Assembly (NCBI GenBank): GCA_051859245.1
Contig: JBHYGA010000005.1
Location: 814,953 to 846,952, forward strand
Reading direction: 5' to 3'
DNA: 32,000 nt
Source: Gemmatimonadaceae bacterium
Lineage (GTDB): Bacteria > Gemmatimonadota > Gemmatimonadetes > Gemmatimonadales > Gemmatimonadaceae
A program made the position numbers and the translations under genes. Positions 1-10,000 of this stretch are shown one piece after another. The notes beneath the pieces are model-generated. The model was given only the letters and a program-made list of their open reading frames with translations, was not told where the DNA came from and made no database searches. How positions within the stretch are numbered: the stretch's first letter is position 1; every line of letters begins with the position of its first letter.

Positions 1-1116
1 GAAGAACGTGAGGACATGCAGGAAGCGTTCAATGCAATCGCGCGCGCCTCGGAGCTCACGCGTGAGCTGCGCGCACTGAGCGGGAATGAACCGCTGCATG
101 TTGAACGCGTGGAACTTCACGAGTTCCTGCGCGCGAGCGAAGCGGTGCTGCGCGAGTTCGCGAATGAGAACCTTACCGTGACCGTGGAGAACGACGGTCC
201 ACCGCTCTTTGTGCACGCCGATCGGAGCGTGCTTCGAAGCGCGTTGCATTCGGTGCTTGCAAATGCCGCCGAAGCGATGTTGAATCGCGGCACGATCACG
301 GTGCACGTGGAACACGTGCAGTTGCGGGAGCCACATGTCGACGTGCATGGTGACGTCGCGCCCGGCGATTGGGCGGTGATCCGCTGCGTGGACACGGGCC
401 CGGGCATTGCCGATGCACGCATGGCGTCGCTGTTTGAGCCTCGGTTCTCGGCCGATCGTAGCACGTTAGGTACGGGACTCGGTCTTCCCATCACGCGGGC
501 GCGTATGGCGCAAATGCAGGGCCATATCTCCATCCGCAAACTGACGCAGGGCGGGACCGAGGTGCGGCTCTGGGTGCCGACCATTCCGCCGTCCGGAGAT
601 GCGCACGGCACCGAAACCGCAGGGCTGGGTGCACGTGCTGATGCCGCGCGTCGAACGCCGCCCAGCGTTCCGGCTGTTGGGACGGATCCGGTCGTACCAG
701 GCACCGCAGCCGACGCCTCAACGCACGGCATGCACCTACTGCTGGTCGACGACGACGTGCACGTGCTGCGCACCGCGCAGCGGCTGCTCATGCGCGCTGG
801 CTTCACGGTCACCGCCGCCGCCAGCGGGTTTGACGCGCTCGCCGCGCTGGAGGAGGACGACGCGGGGGAGCGTGCGATTGCGTTGATTGTGACCGATGTG
901 ATGATGCCGGGGCTGTCTGGCCCACAGTTCGTGGCGCGTCGTCGGGAGCTCGGCGACATGCGACCGGTTGTCTACATGTCGGGCTACACCGGTGACGCGC
1001 TGGCGCCAGCCCACGCGCCGGAGGCTGGCGCGGTGCTGGTGTCCAAGCCGTTCTCGACCTCAGACCTGCTACAGGCCATCAAAGATGCGCTCGCGGCGAT
1101 TCCGCGCAGCCGTTGA
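1..1116 (+). CDS. Hybrid sensor histidine kinase with C-terminal receiver domain (5' end outside window)
   Basis: Frame 1 is open from base 1 (EERED precedes the listed Met at 16), so the gene is truncated by the window edge. HATPase-type motifs are present (NLTVTVENDG, DTGPGI, GTGLGLPI). A REC domain follows (LLLVDDD ... VTDVMMPGLSG ... SKPF). Confidence 0.85.
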   Translation, partial: EEREDMQEAFNAIARASELTRELRALSGNEPLHVERVELHEFLRASEAVLREFANENLTVTVENDGPPLFVHADRSVLRSALHSVLANAAEAMLNRGTITVHVEHVQLREPHVDVHGDVAPGDWAVIRCVDTGPGIADARMASLFEPRFSADRSTLGTGLGLPITRARMAQMQGHISIRKLTQGGTEVRLWVPTIPPSGDAHGTETAGLGARADAARRTPPSVPAVGTDPVVPGTAADASTHGMHLLLVDDDVHVLRTAQRLLMRAGFTVTAAASGFDALAALEEDDAGERAIALIVTDVMMPGLSGPQFVARRRELGDMRPVVYMSGYTGDALAPAHAPEAGAVLVSKPFSTSDLLQAIKDALAAIPRSR

Positions 1117-1148
1117 AGGGGAGTCCGTCACTCGGCTATCTTTCGGGG

Positions 1149-2501
1149 ATGTCCAGCACACCGCGCCCCACCGTGTACATCGAGACCTACGGCTGCCAGA
1201 TGAATGTGGCCGATTCGGAGCTCATGTACGGCTCCCTTGCCGCACACGGCTACGATGCCGTCGAGGCGCCGGACGGCGCAGATGTCATTCTGGTAAACAC
1301 CTGCGCCATTCGCGATCACGCTGAGCAGCGTGTGATCGGCCGTCTCGGCGAGCTTCGCCGCTTCATGAAGGCGCACAGCATTGTGGGCGTCACCGGCTGC
1401 ATGGCGCAGCGTCTCGGCCCGAAGCTGCTCGAAAAAGCGCGACACGTGTCGCTGGTGGTTGGCCCGGATGGCTATCGCGCGCTGCCGCAGCTCATCGACA
1501 ACGCACGCAATGGCGAGCGCGGAATTTTCACCACCTTCGATCTCGAAGAGCACTACGAAGATGTGACGCCTCGCCGGACAGATCCGGTGAAGGCGTGGGT
1601 TCCGGTGCAGCGCGGATGCGACTATCGCTGCACGTATTGCATCGTGCCGCACACGCGTGGCTCGGAGCGCTCGCGACAGCTTCACGAAGTAGTGCGCGAA
1701 GTCCGGCAGGTGGTGGAAACCGGGACGTCTGAAATCGTGCTGCTCGGCCAGACCGTCAACTCGTACAATGATGGCACCAACGACTTCGCGGATTTGCTGC
1801 GTGCCGTTGGCTCCATCGATGGTGTGCGGCGCCTGCGGTACACGAGTCCGCACCCCAATGATTTTTCGGATCGTGTGATTGAGGCGCACGCGGAAGTGGC
1901 GGCCGCGTGCGAGCATGTGCATTTGCCCATGCAGAGCGGCTCAACGCGCGTGCTCAAGCGCATGCTGCGCCGCTATTCACGCGAAGAGTTTTTGCAGTGT
2001 GTCGATCGCTTGCGCGCGGCGATGCCGTCACTCGTACTCACCACGGATATCATCGTTGGCTTTCCGGGTGAGTCCGACGAAGACTTTGAAGAGACACTCA
2101 CCGCTGTGACCGCGGCCGGCTTCAGCGAGGCGTTCACGTTCAAGTTCTCGCCGCGTCCCGGAACTCCCGCCACGCGCATGCCGGCAGAAGAGATGATTCC
2201 GGATGAAGTCGCGAGCGAACGTTTGCAGCGTCTGATTCAGGTCGTACGCGCACAGTCTCGCGAACAGAACATCGCGTTGCTTGGGTCGCGCACAGAAGTG
2301 TTGCTTGAGCGCGTGGCCAAAGATGGCGAACTGCTCATGGGTCGCACGCGTGACTGGAAAACGGTGCTCGTGCCTGGGCACGCGTCGCTCGTCAATACGT
2401 ATCACATGGTGGAGCTCACCGGCACGACCGGGAGCACGTTTACCGGCACGTTTGTACAGGATAGCGCGCCGTCACGTCAGCCACTGCCGATGGCCAGCTA
2501 G
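1149..2501 (+). CDS. miaB: tRNA-i6A37 methylthiotransferase MiaB (radical SAM)
   Basis: N-terminal UPF0004 motif VYIETYGCQMN, radical-SAM CxxxCxxC (CDYRCTYC) and a C-terminal TRAM-like region. The ATG at 1149 gives a typical N-terminus. An alternative TTG at 1113 overlaps the upstream stop (TTGA). Confidence 0.9.
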   Translation: MSSTPRPTVYIETYGCQMNVADSELMYGSLAAHGYDAVEAPDGADVILVNTCAIRDHAEQRVIGRLGELRRFMKAHSIVGVTGCMAQRLGPKLLEKARHVSLVVGPDGYRALPQLIDNARNGERGIFTTFDLEEHYEDVTPRRTDPVKAWVPVQRGCDYRCTYCIVPHTRGSERSRQLHEVVREVRQVVETGTSEIVLLGQTVNSYNDGTNDFADLLRAVGSIDGVRRLRYTSPHPNDFSDRVIEAHAEVAAACEHVHLPMQSGSTRVLKRMLRRYSREEFLQCVDRLRAAMPSLVLTTDIIVGFPGESDEDFEETLTAVTAAGFSEAFTFKFSPRPGTPATRMPAEEMIPDEVASERLQRLIQVVRAQSREQNIALLGSRTEVLLERVAKDGELLMGRTRDWKTVLVPGHASLVNTYHMVELTGTTGSTFTGTFVQDSAPSRQPLPMAS

Positions 2502-2505
2502 GGCA

Positions 2506-3150
2506 ATGCCGTACGTCGAACCACATACACTGCGTGCCCGAGTTGTTTCGGCAGCGCGCATCAGTACAGTCCTGGTGGTGATGTTGTCGATGAGTGCGTG
2601 CGGTGAAACGAAACGCACCGACGCACTGCCAATGGTCGGACCGTTGACGTCTTTCTCGGGAAATCCGCTCGGGGTGCCGGTCGCGGACCTGATGCGTGAG
2701 CGCAGTGCGATCATGCGCGCGCCACTGGGAGGCCTGCGCGAGGCGGCAGGGGATTGGGTGCTGCACTACGACGTACCTCCGCCCGCCTCAGAGGAGCTGT
2801 TTCCGACCATGCGTGTATCCGGCGTCACGGCCATGCGCGCGCTCCCGGATTCACTGGCCGCAACGCGGCTGCGAGACTCATTGTTGGCCGAGATCGGTCC
2901 AGCGAATACCGAGCGCTGCGTCACGGTGCGTCGCGGAAAACAGCGCGCGCCGGCAACCATCGTGCGGCGAGGAGACTACGAGTACATGATCGGTTATTGG
3001 TCGCGCGACTTGCCAACCGCGAGCGTCAGTGCGCCAGACTCGATTCCGCTCCCCATTCTCTTTGCTGTGACGTATCGCCCCGCGGCGGACGCGCGGCCCA
3101 ATGAGGATGTGTCGCCGTGCGGCACCACAGCACCAACGTCAGCAAAATGA
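2506..3150 (+). CDS. Hypothetical lipoprotein
   Basis: The ATG at 2506 lies 5 nt after the miaB stop. The N-terminus VLVVMLSMSAC looks like a lipobox signal peptide. I recognise no family. The upstream part of the listed ORF (2281-2505) overlaps miaB and is ignored. Confidence 0.55.
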   Translation: MPYVEPHTLRARVVSAARISTVLVVMLSMSACGETKRTDALPMVGPLTSFSGNPLGVPVADLMRERSAIMRAPLGGLREAAGDWVLHYDVPPPASEELFPTMRVSGVTAMRALPDSLAATRLRDSLLAEIGPANTERCVTVRRGKQRAPATIVRRGDYEYMIGYWSRDLPTASVSAPDSIPLPILFAVTYRPAADARPNEDVSPCGTTAPTSAK

Positions 3151-3166
3151 TGATGGTCTGAACCTG

Positions 3167-3197
3167 ATTCGGGCGCACGATATGGCGTGCCCCGAAT
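3167..3197 (+). terminator. Candidate stem-loop (12 bp stem with one bulge, 6-nt loop) followed by a T-rich run
   Basis: ATTCGGG(C)GCACG-atatgg-CGTGCCCCGAAT, then cgtgtttctc. It begins 17 nt after the lipoprotein stop. It overlaps the GTG at 3187 listed as the comEC start. Confidence 0.3.
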
Positions 3198-5547
3198 CGT
3201 GTTTCTCGTAGCCGCGTGGTTGAGTGGGGCGACTGTTGCCGCGCTCGCGCACGCCAATGTACGCGCGGGCAATCCCGCCCTGCCGCGGTGGCTGCTGATT
3301 GCCGTCACGATCGTTGGTTTGGGCTGCGTGTGGCGGCTGGTGTTTTCTTCCCCATCGTTAAACGACGCGCGCCTGACGACGCTCGCGTCGCTCGCGACGT
3401 TTATCGCGGCCCTGCTGTGGGGCCACGCGAGTTGGGCGCACGATGCACGATGCTTGAAACTGCTAGGCGATCCTGGCGCGCCACTCTTGTTGCGGCTCGA
3501 CGATGTCGCACAACCCCAAGCGTGGTTGCGCGCCAGTGCGCGGGGACTCACCTCGCAATCCAGTACGTGTGCGGTTCCCACCACACTGGCCGTCGAACGC
3601 GGAAGCGCTGAACCCGGCGCGTGGGTGACGGTCACCGCAACGCGTCTCATAGCAGGTTCGACACTCCGACTCGACAACGCAACGATTACCGCTACGGGTG
3701 CGGTCGATTGGCTGCATGGTTGGCGCGGTCGCACAGGTGTCACAATTGACACGCTGTTTGGTGTCCGCGCGCCGCTCGTACGCGCCTTGCTGGTGGCGGA
3801 TCAACAAGGGATCGACACGGAGGTGCGTGATCGATTCGCCACCGCCGGTCTTGTGCATGTGCTCTCCATTTCCGGCTTGCACGTGGCAATCATTGCGGTG
3901 GCCATTCGTACCGTGGGTTCTGCGCTCCGCCTGCGTCGTGCACACGCCGATTTGCTCGCGCTCTTCACCGTCGGCGCGTATCTCATCGTGCTCGGATTTC
4001 CTCCGCCGCTCACACGTGCGGCCGTGATGCTCTCAACCGTGATGCTCGCGGATCGGCTCGGTCGACCCGTGCATCCGTGGACGGCACTCGCGCTCGGCGT
4101 GTGTGCACCCACCATAGATCCGCGTGTGGTCGCCTCGCTGGGCTGGCAACTCTCGGCCAGCGGCATGGCGGCGCTCGTGGGAGGCCGAGCGTTGATGCGA
4201 CGCTGGCGCACGCGCCCGCTGCACGCGTCGGCTCGCACGCCGCGCGGTGTGGTTCGGCGCTACGCCGCTCGTGTGTTGGCCGCCGGCCCGCAGCTTTCCG
4301 GCTGGCGTCTCGCGCTCGTTACGGAGCTGGTCATCGGCATCGTTGCAAGTGCGGTCACAGCGCCGCTCGTGGCCTGGGTCTTTGGCCGAGTGAGTCTGGT
4401 CGCACCGCTTGCCAACGTGGCGGCCGCGCCGGTGGTGGGGTTTCTGCAACCGGTGCTTTTTCTTGCGTTGGTGCTCGCGCCACTTACACCGGTCGCACGC
4501 TTTATTGCCGACAGTGCGGCCGCTCCGCTTGCGGCGCTCGACTACATCGCCGTCGTGGCCAGTGATCTTCCGTACGCGGCGCTCGACGTGGCACCGGGAC
4601 GCTTTACGGCCCTCTGTATGGGCGTCATGACCGCGGCATTTATTGTGTGTACGGCACGACGTCGTATCTGGCCTCCGTTGCTCACCGGGGCGGCCGCGCT
4701 CGTGCTGGCGCTCTGGTACCCCGTGTTCGCGCGCGGGCCGGGACGCATGGAGCTGCACGTAATCGATGTGGGGCAGGGCGACGCGCTGGCGCTGCGTACA
4801 CCCCGGGGGCGGTGGGTCCTGGTGGACGCCGGACGTGTGTGGCAAGGCGGCGATGCCGGTCGACGCAGCGTTGTGCCGTACGTGCGGCGACGAGGGGGCG
4901 ATGTTGCGCTGTTCGTGCTTTCGCACCCGGACGCGGACCACGTGGGCGGTGCGCCGAGTGTACTGGAAGCGCTGCGCCCTTCACTGTGGTGGGATCCCGG
5001 CTCGATTCATGCCAGCGATGTGTACCAACGGTCACTCGACGTTGCCCAACGGCGAAAGATCCCCTGGCAGCGGGCACAAACGGGCGACTCTTTGCACATT
5101 GATGGGGTCATGATTCGCGTACTCGGCCCCGACTCCTCGTGGACCGCCAACCAAACCAATGTGAATGACGCGAGCGTGGTGCTCATGGTACAACATGGTC
5201 AGGTACGCGTGCTGCTGACCGGTGACGCGGAACGCGAGCAGGAGCAGTGGCTGGTGGATCGGTGGGGCGACGAACTCTCCGCCACCGTACTCAAGGTCGG
5301 GCATCATGGCAGTCGCACCAGTTCGACCGACATATTCCTTGACGCGGTGAAGCCGCAAGTTGCGTTGGTGTCCGTGGGCGCCGCGAACCGATATGGTCAT
5401 CCCGCGCCGGAAGTGATCAGCGCGTTGCGTGCGCGCCAGGTGGATATTCTGCGAACGGATCGCGATGGCGCGATTGTGATGCGCAGCGATGGTCGCACCG
5501 TGCAACTCGAAACCCGTCACGCGCAATGGACCCACGTCGCGCATTGA
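3187..5547 (+). CDS. comEC: DNA internalization competence protein ComEC/Rec2 (OB-fold region, competence membrane domain, metallo-beta-lactamase domain)
   Basis: Competence-domain motif GLVHVLSISGLHVAII with multiple TM helices. C-terminal MBL motifs are HVIDVGQGDALAL, SHPDADHVGG and KVGHHGSRTSS. The start is uncertain: GTG 3187 sits inside a hairpin and an in-frame GTG at 3199 is an alternative. Confidence 0.85.
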   Translation: MPRIVFLVAAWLSGATVAALAHANVRAGNPALPRWLLIAVTIVGLGCVWRLVFSSPSLNDARLTTLASLATFIAALLWGHASWAHDARCLKLLGDPGAPLLLRLDDVAQPQAWLRASARGLTSQSSTCAVPTTLAVERGSAEPGAWVTVTATRLIAGSTLRLDNATITATGAVDWLHGWRGRTGVTIDTLFGVRAPLVRALLVADQQGIDTEVRDRFATAGLVHVLSISGLHVAIIAVAIRTVGSALRLRRAHADLLALFTVGAYLIVLGFPPPLTRAAVMLSTVMLADRLGRPVHPWTALALGVCAPTIDPRVVASLGWQLSASGMAALVGGRALMRRWRTRPLHASARTPRGVVRRYAARVLAAGPQLSGWRLALVTELVIGIVASAVTAPLVAWVFGRVSLVAPLANVAAAPVVGFLQPVLFLALVLAPLTPVARFIADSAAAPLAALDYIAVVASDLPYAALDVAPGRFTALCMGVMTAAFIVCTARRRIWPPLLTGAAALVLALWYPVFARGPGRMELHVIDVGQGDALALRTPRGRWVLVDAGRVWQGGDAGRRSVVPYVRRRGGDVALFVLSHPDADHVGGAPSVLEALRPSLWWDPGSIHASDVYQRSLDVAQRRKIPWQRAQTGDSLHIDGVMIRVLGPDSSWTANQTNVNDASVVLMVQHGQVRVLLTGDAEREQEQWLVDRWGDELSATVLKVGHHGSRTSSTDIFLDAVKPQVALVSVGAANRYGHPAPEVISALRARQVDILRTDRDGAIVMRSDGRTVQLETRHAQWTHVAH

Positions 5548-5927
5548 CACGTCTGCGCCGTTTGCTCCTCGGTGAGGCCACCGAGCTGCCGACTGCGCTT
5601 CTGCAGCGCTACCCGATGCTGCGCGAGGTGCGCTGGCGGCGCGGCGGGCTGCCCCTGCGGGTCGGCGGCTGGTGCCTGCTGCGCCGTGAAGTGCAGGGCA
5701 TCACCCTCTGGCAGACCGTGTTTCTGTCGCGGTCGGCCAACTTTGATCCCGCGCTGCTCTTGCACGAGTTCGCTCACGTACGACAGTTTGCGGAGGTGTC
5801 GGCGTTCCCGCTTCGCTACGTATGGCAGTCCTTGCGCCATGGGTATCGCGGGAACCGATTTGAGCGAGACGCCGACGACTACGCCGCGCACGTGCTCGGC
5901 GAGTCACCACTTCCGCCTGAGGCCTGA
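5526..5927 (+). CDS. Small HExxH-motif protein, DUF4157-like putative metallopeptidase fold
   Basis: The segment GITLWQTVFLSRSANFDPALLLHEFAHVRQF resembles the DUF4157 pattern (short beta segment followed by LLxHExxHVxQ). The ATG at 5526 overlaps the comEC end by 22 nt. An in-frame TTG at 5544 would give a TTGA overlap instead. Confidence 0.5.
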   Translation: MDPRRALTRLRRLLLGEATELPTALLQRYPMLREVRWRRGGLPLRVGGWCLLRREVQGITLWQTVFLSRSANFDPALLLHEFAHVRQFAEVSAFPLRYVWQSLRHGYRGNRFERDADDYAAHVLGESPLPPEA

Positions 5928-5930
5928 CAA

Positions 5931-6980
5931 TTGGTCAAGCATACCGCGACCTCCGTTGTTACGATCGAACGATTCATCATCGAGGAGGAGCGCAATTTCC
6001 CCGACGCGACCGGTGAGCTGTCGGGCATTCTGTACGATATGGCCTTGGCCGCCAAGATGATTGCCAATAAGGTGCGCAGCGCCGGACTGGCAGACATTCT
6101 GGGGTCGGCCGGCGCCGAAAATGTCCAGGGCGAGATCCAGCAGAAGCTCGACGTGATTTCAAATGAAATCATCGTGAAGGCGTTCGATCATGGCGGTCGG
6201 CTGTGCGCTATGGCCTCGGAAGAAGAGCCGGGAATTATTCAAATTCCGGAGGGGTTCCGCACAGGTAAGTACGTCATGTTGTTCGATCCGCTCGACGGCT
6301 CGAGCAACATCGATGTGAATGTACCCGTGGGCACCATCTTCTCGGTGTACAAAAAAATCACGCGCGGTCCGCGTGGCGAAATGGAAGACATGCTGCAGCC
6401 CGGACGGCGCCAGGTGGCGGCGGGCTACATCATTTACGGTTCCAGTACGATGCTTGTGTACACCACCGGACAGGGCGCGCACGGCTTTACGCTCGATCCG
6501 TCCATTGGTGAGTTCCTCCTGTCGCATCCGCACATTCGCATTCCGAACTCCGGCCGGTATCTGTCGGTGAACGATGCGTACGAACAAGACTGGCCCGAGC
6601 ACACGCGGGCGTTGATGCGCCGATATCGCGGTCTCGATGGCGAGCGCAAGTCGCTCAACGTGCGATACGTGGGTTCGCTTGTGGCCGACTTCCATCGGAA
6701 TCTGCTCGGTGGCGGTGTGTTTGCGTATCCGAGCAATACCAAATCACCGCGCGGTAAACTCCGACTGCTCTACGAAGCGAATCCGCTGGCATTCATTGTA
6801 GAACAGGCAGGCGGACTCGCCACAGACGGTGTGCGTCGCATCCTCGATGTGGATCCGACCGATCTGCATCAGCGTACGCCGCTCTACATTGGCAGCAAGG
6901 CCGAAGTGGAAACGGTGAAAGAGTTCATCGGGCCGCATGACGAAGCCCCTCGTCGCCGACGAGAAGACGGCGACGCATAG
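5931..6980 (+). CDS. fbp: Fructose-1,6-bisphosphatase class 1
   Basis: Full-length FBPase I similarity: [24 protein letters not shown], the [21 protein letters not shown] block and [14 protein letters not shown] start 3 nt after the upstream stop. It carries a short basic/acidic C-terminal tail. Confidence 0.9.
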   Translation: MVKHTATSVVTIERFIIEEERNFPDATGELSGILYDMALAAKMIANKVRSAGLADILGSAGAENVQGEIQQKLDVISNEIIVKAFDHGGRLCAMASEEEPGIIQIPEGFRTGKYVMLFDPLDGSSNIDVNVPVGTIFSVYKKITRGPRGEMEDMLQPGRRQVAAGYIIYGSSTMLVYTTGQGAHGFTLDPSIGEFLLSHPHIRIPNSGRYLSVNDAYEQDWPEHTRALMRRYRGLDGERKSLNVRYVGSLVADFHRNLLGGGVFAYPSNTKSPRGKLRLLYEANPLAFIVEQAGGLATDGVRRILDVDPTDLHQRTPLYIGSKAEVETVKEFIGPHDEAPRRRREDGDA

Positions 6981-7002
6981 TTTCAGGAAGCGCGCGGCCA
7001 GC

Positions 7003-10000
7003 TCACACAGTGAGGCTGGCCGCGTTGGTTTTGTCAGACGACGTGTGCAACAGCGCATCAAGACGCGCGCTCCACGTGGCGCGAATCGAGGACACATGCT
7101 CGGCCGCGCCTCGCGGCTGCACCTTTCGCCACTGCATGCGCGTGCGCGCCCATCCATCAAGCAGTGCGCGGGCGCGCGGACTGGCGGTGCGCACACGATG
7201 TAGTGCGAGCAATCGCTGCACGAGTGCTTCGTCATGCTCATCCAGATCGGCCAACAGCACCAGATCATGGTTGGTGCGACTGGGCAAGCGACCAGATTCG
7301 TCGAGCACGTAGGCCACGCCGTTTGACATGCCCGCTCCAAAGTTGCGCCCCGTGCGACCAAGCACGGCCACCACGCCACCCGTCATGTACTCACAGGCGT
7401 GATTGCCCACACCTTCAACCACGGCACATGCGCCGGAGTTGCGCACCGCAAATCGATCGCCCGCCTGACCTGCGGCGAGCAACACCCCATCGGTGGCGCC
7501 GTACAGCACCGTATTGCCAACGATCATGTTGAGATGACTGGCCCCGCCGTATCGCGCATTGCGGAACGGACGAATGGTGACTTCACCACCCGTGAGTCCT
7601 TTGGCGACGTAATCGTTGGCCTCGCCCTCCAGCTCGACGTGCATACCACGTATTGCGAAGGCCGCAAAACTCTGGCCGGCGCTTCCCGTGCAGCGAAGCA
7701 TCACGCGCCCCGGTTCGAATCCCGCGTCGCCTTTGTGCTCGGCAATCCAGCCCGCAACACGCGCGCCAACCGCGAGATGGTGATTGCGTACGACGTAGGA
7801 ACCACTAAACGGCGCACCCGACGCGAGCGCCTCCGCCGCATCGGTCAGAATCTGTTCGTCAACGGAGACCACATCCGGTCGTACGTTACGCGCAATCGTG
7901 CGACGTGGCGGCACGCCGTCACGATGCGCCCGCGTGAGCAGGAGCGACAGGTCTAGCATCGCTGATCGCGGCAGCTCGGGATGATCAAGCCGTTCGAGAA
8001 GATCGGCGCGACCGATCAGCTCGTCGAGTGAACGCACACCAATGGCCGCCATCTGTTCGCGCACATCCTGTGCTACATGCGCGAAGTAAGAGATCACATG
8101 CTCGGGCGATCCACGAAACTTTGCCCGCAACTCTTCACGCTGTGTTGCAATGCCGGTCGGGCAGGAGTTCAGATGACATTGACGCGCCATGTCACAGCCA
8201 AGTGCCACCAACGGTGCGGTGCCAAAACCAAAACTCTCGGCGCCAAGCATGGCGGCAATGATGACGTCACGTCCGGTACGAAACCCTCCGTCAACGCGAA
8301 GCTCCAGACGATGTCGCAGCCCGTTCTGCACGAGCACATGCTGCGCTTCGGCGAGTCCAAGTTCCCACGGCGAACCGGCGTGTTTGATGCTGGACAGCGG
8401 CGACGCGCCAGTGCCACCTGCGTGGCCCGCAATCAACACGTAGTCCGCGTACGCTTTCGCAACACCGGCGGCGACCGTGCCAACACCGGCCGATGCCACA
8501 AGCTTCACGCCAATGCGTGCGCGCGGATTCACCGTCTTGAGATCGTGCACCAGCTGCGCGAGATCTTCAATCGAATAAATGTCGTGATGCGGCGGCGGTG
8601 AAATGAGCGACACGCCAATGGTGGAGTGTCGCAAGCGTGCGATCAGCGCGGTGACCTTGTGCGCCGGAAGCTGCCCGCCTTCACCGGGTTTGGCGCCTTG
8701 CACAATCTTGATTTCGATTTCATCGGCGCGCACCAGATATCCGGTGGTCACGCCAAAGCGCCCGGACGCCACCTGCTTGATGCGACTATCCAGGCGGTCG
8801 TCCGTGCTCCCCTCCGTGAGCGGTGTGTACCACGCGGGATCTTCACCGCCTTCACCAGAGTTGCTGCGTGCACCCATGCGGTTCATCGCAACCGTTACGG
8901 CGCTATGTGCTTCCGGCGACAGCGCACCCAACGACATCGCCGACGAAACAAATCGCGTGAGAATATTCGCGATCGGTTCCACGTGATCGATGGCGATGGG
9001 GGCACCTTCACGCACACGGATCAGATCGCGTAGTGAAATCGCCTCACTGCCGGAGGACGAGGCACGAAAGCTTTGCCACGATTCGACGTCCGGGCCACCG
9101 TCTGTGTTGCGAGCCTTTCGTGCGCTGCCCACGGCTAACTGCAGCGCGCGTACCGACGGTGGCGACCACGCGTGCCGTTCGCCCTCTTTGCGAAAGCGCA
9201 CGCGTCCGTGATCAGGAAGCACCAGCTCAGACGACGCATGCGTACCAAACGCAGAGCGATGACGCGCGAGTACGTCTTCGGCGATTTCTCGCAACCCAAT
9301 GCCGCCAACGGGCGACGCAGTACCCGCAAAACAACGGTCAATCACATCGCCACCAAGACCCAGCGCTTCGAACATCTGCGCGCCGCAATACGAAGACAGC
9401 GTGCTGATCCCCATCTTGGCAAGAATCTTGAGCAACCCCTTTTCGAGTGCGGCACGCAGTCGCGACTGCGCCAGCGACGGGCCGGGGCGATCGGCGCTTT
9501 CCTCCTCGCGTCCGTGCGCGACGGTTTCGGAGAAGAGTGTTGCCACCGACTCCATGGCCAGCCATGGAAAGACGGCTTCGGCTCCGTAACCGAACAGTGT
9601 GGCCACGTGATGTTGCTCCACCGCGTCACCCGTTTCGACGACAAGGCCAACCTGCGCACGCAAGCCAATGCGTACCAGATGCTGACGCACCGCGCCGAGC
9701 GCAAGCAGTGAAGGAATCGGTGCGCGATCGGCGCTGACTTTTCGGTCGCTGATAATCAGCAGTCGCACGCCTTTGCCAATCGCTGCTTCAGCGCGACGGC
9801 ACAACGCGTCGAGCACGGAGTCGAGCTCGTCGGCGCGGGACGTTGCCGGCCACGTGGCATCGAGCGTTACCGCCTTGAATCCAGGCACGGAGCGCAGTGC
9901 GGCCATTTCATCGGGAAGCAGTACCGGATGTTCAATACGCAGCTTGCGCGCGAACTCGGCCTTCTCCAGTAACGGCGAACCACGCTGGCCAAGGTGCATG

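Noticed and set aside
117-1922. Long minus-strand ORFs 117-959 (280 aa) and 1128-1922 (264 aa)
   Set aside because: They are antisense to the histidine kinase and miaB genes. The sequences are low complexity and Arg/Ser/Ala-rich with no motifs.
2281-2505. 5' extensions of listed ORFs overlapping upstream genes (2281-2505 over miaB, 29106-29237 over argS, 19523-19609 over the mutase gene)
   Set aside because: In each case a start codon immediately after, or overlapping, the upstream stop gives a protein with a sensible N-terminus. The extension is out-of-frame overlap with a well-supported gene.
4033-4941. 302-aa minus-strand ORF inside comEC
   Set aside because: It is antisense to a well-supported ComEC membrane/MBL region. 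Its composition (R/H/G-rich) is typical of a GC shadow frame.
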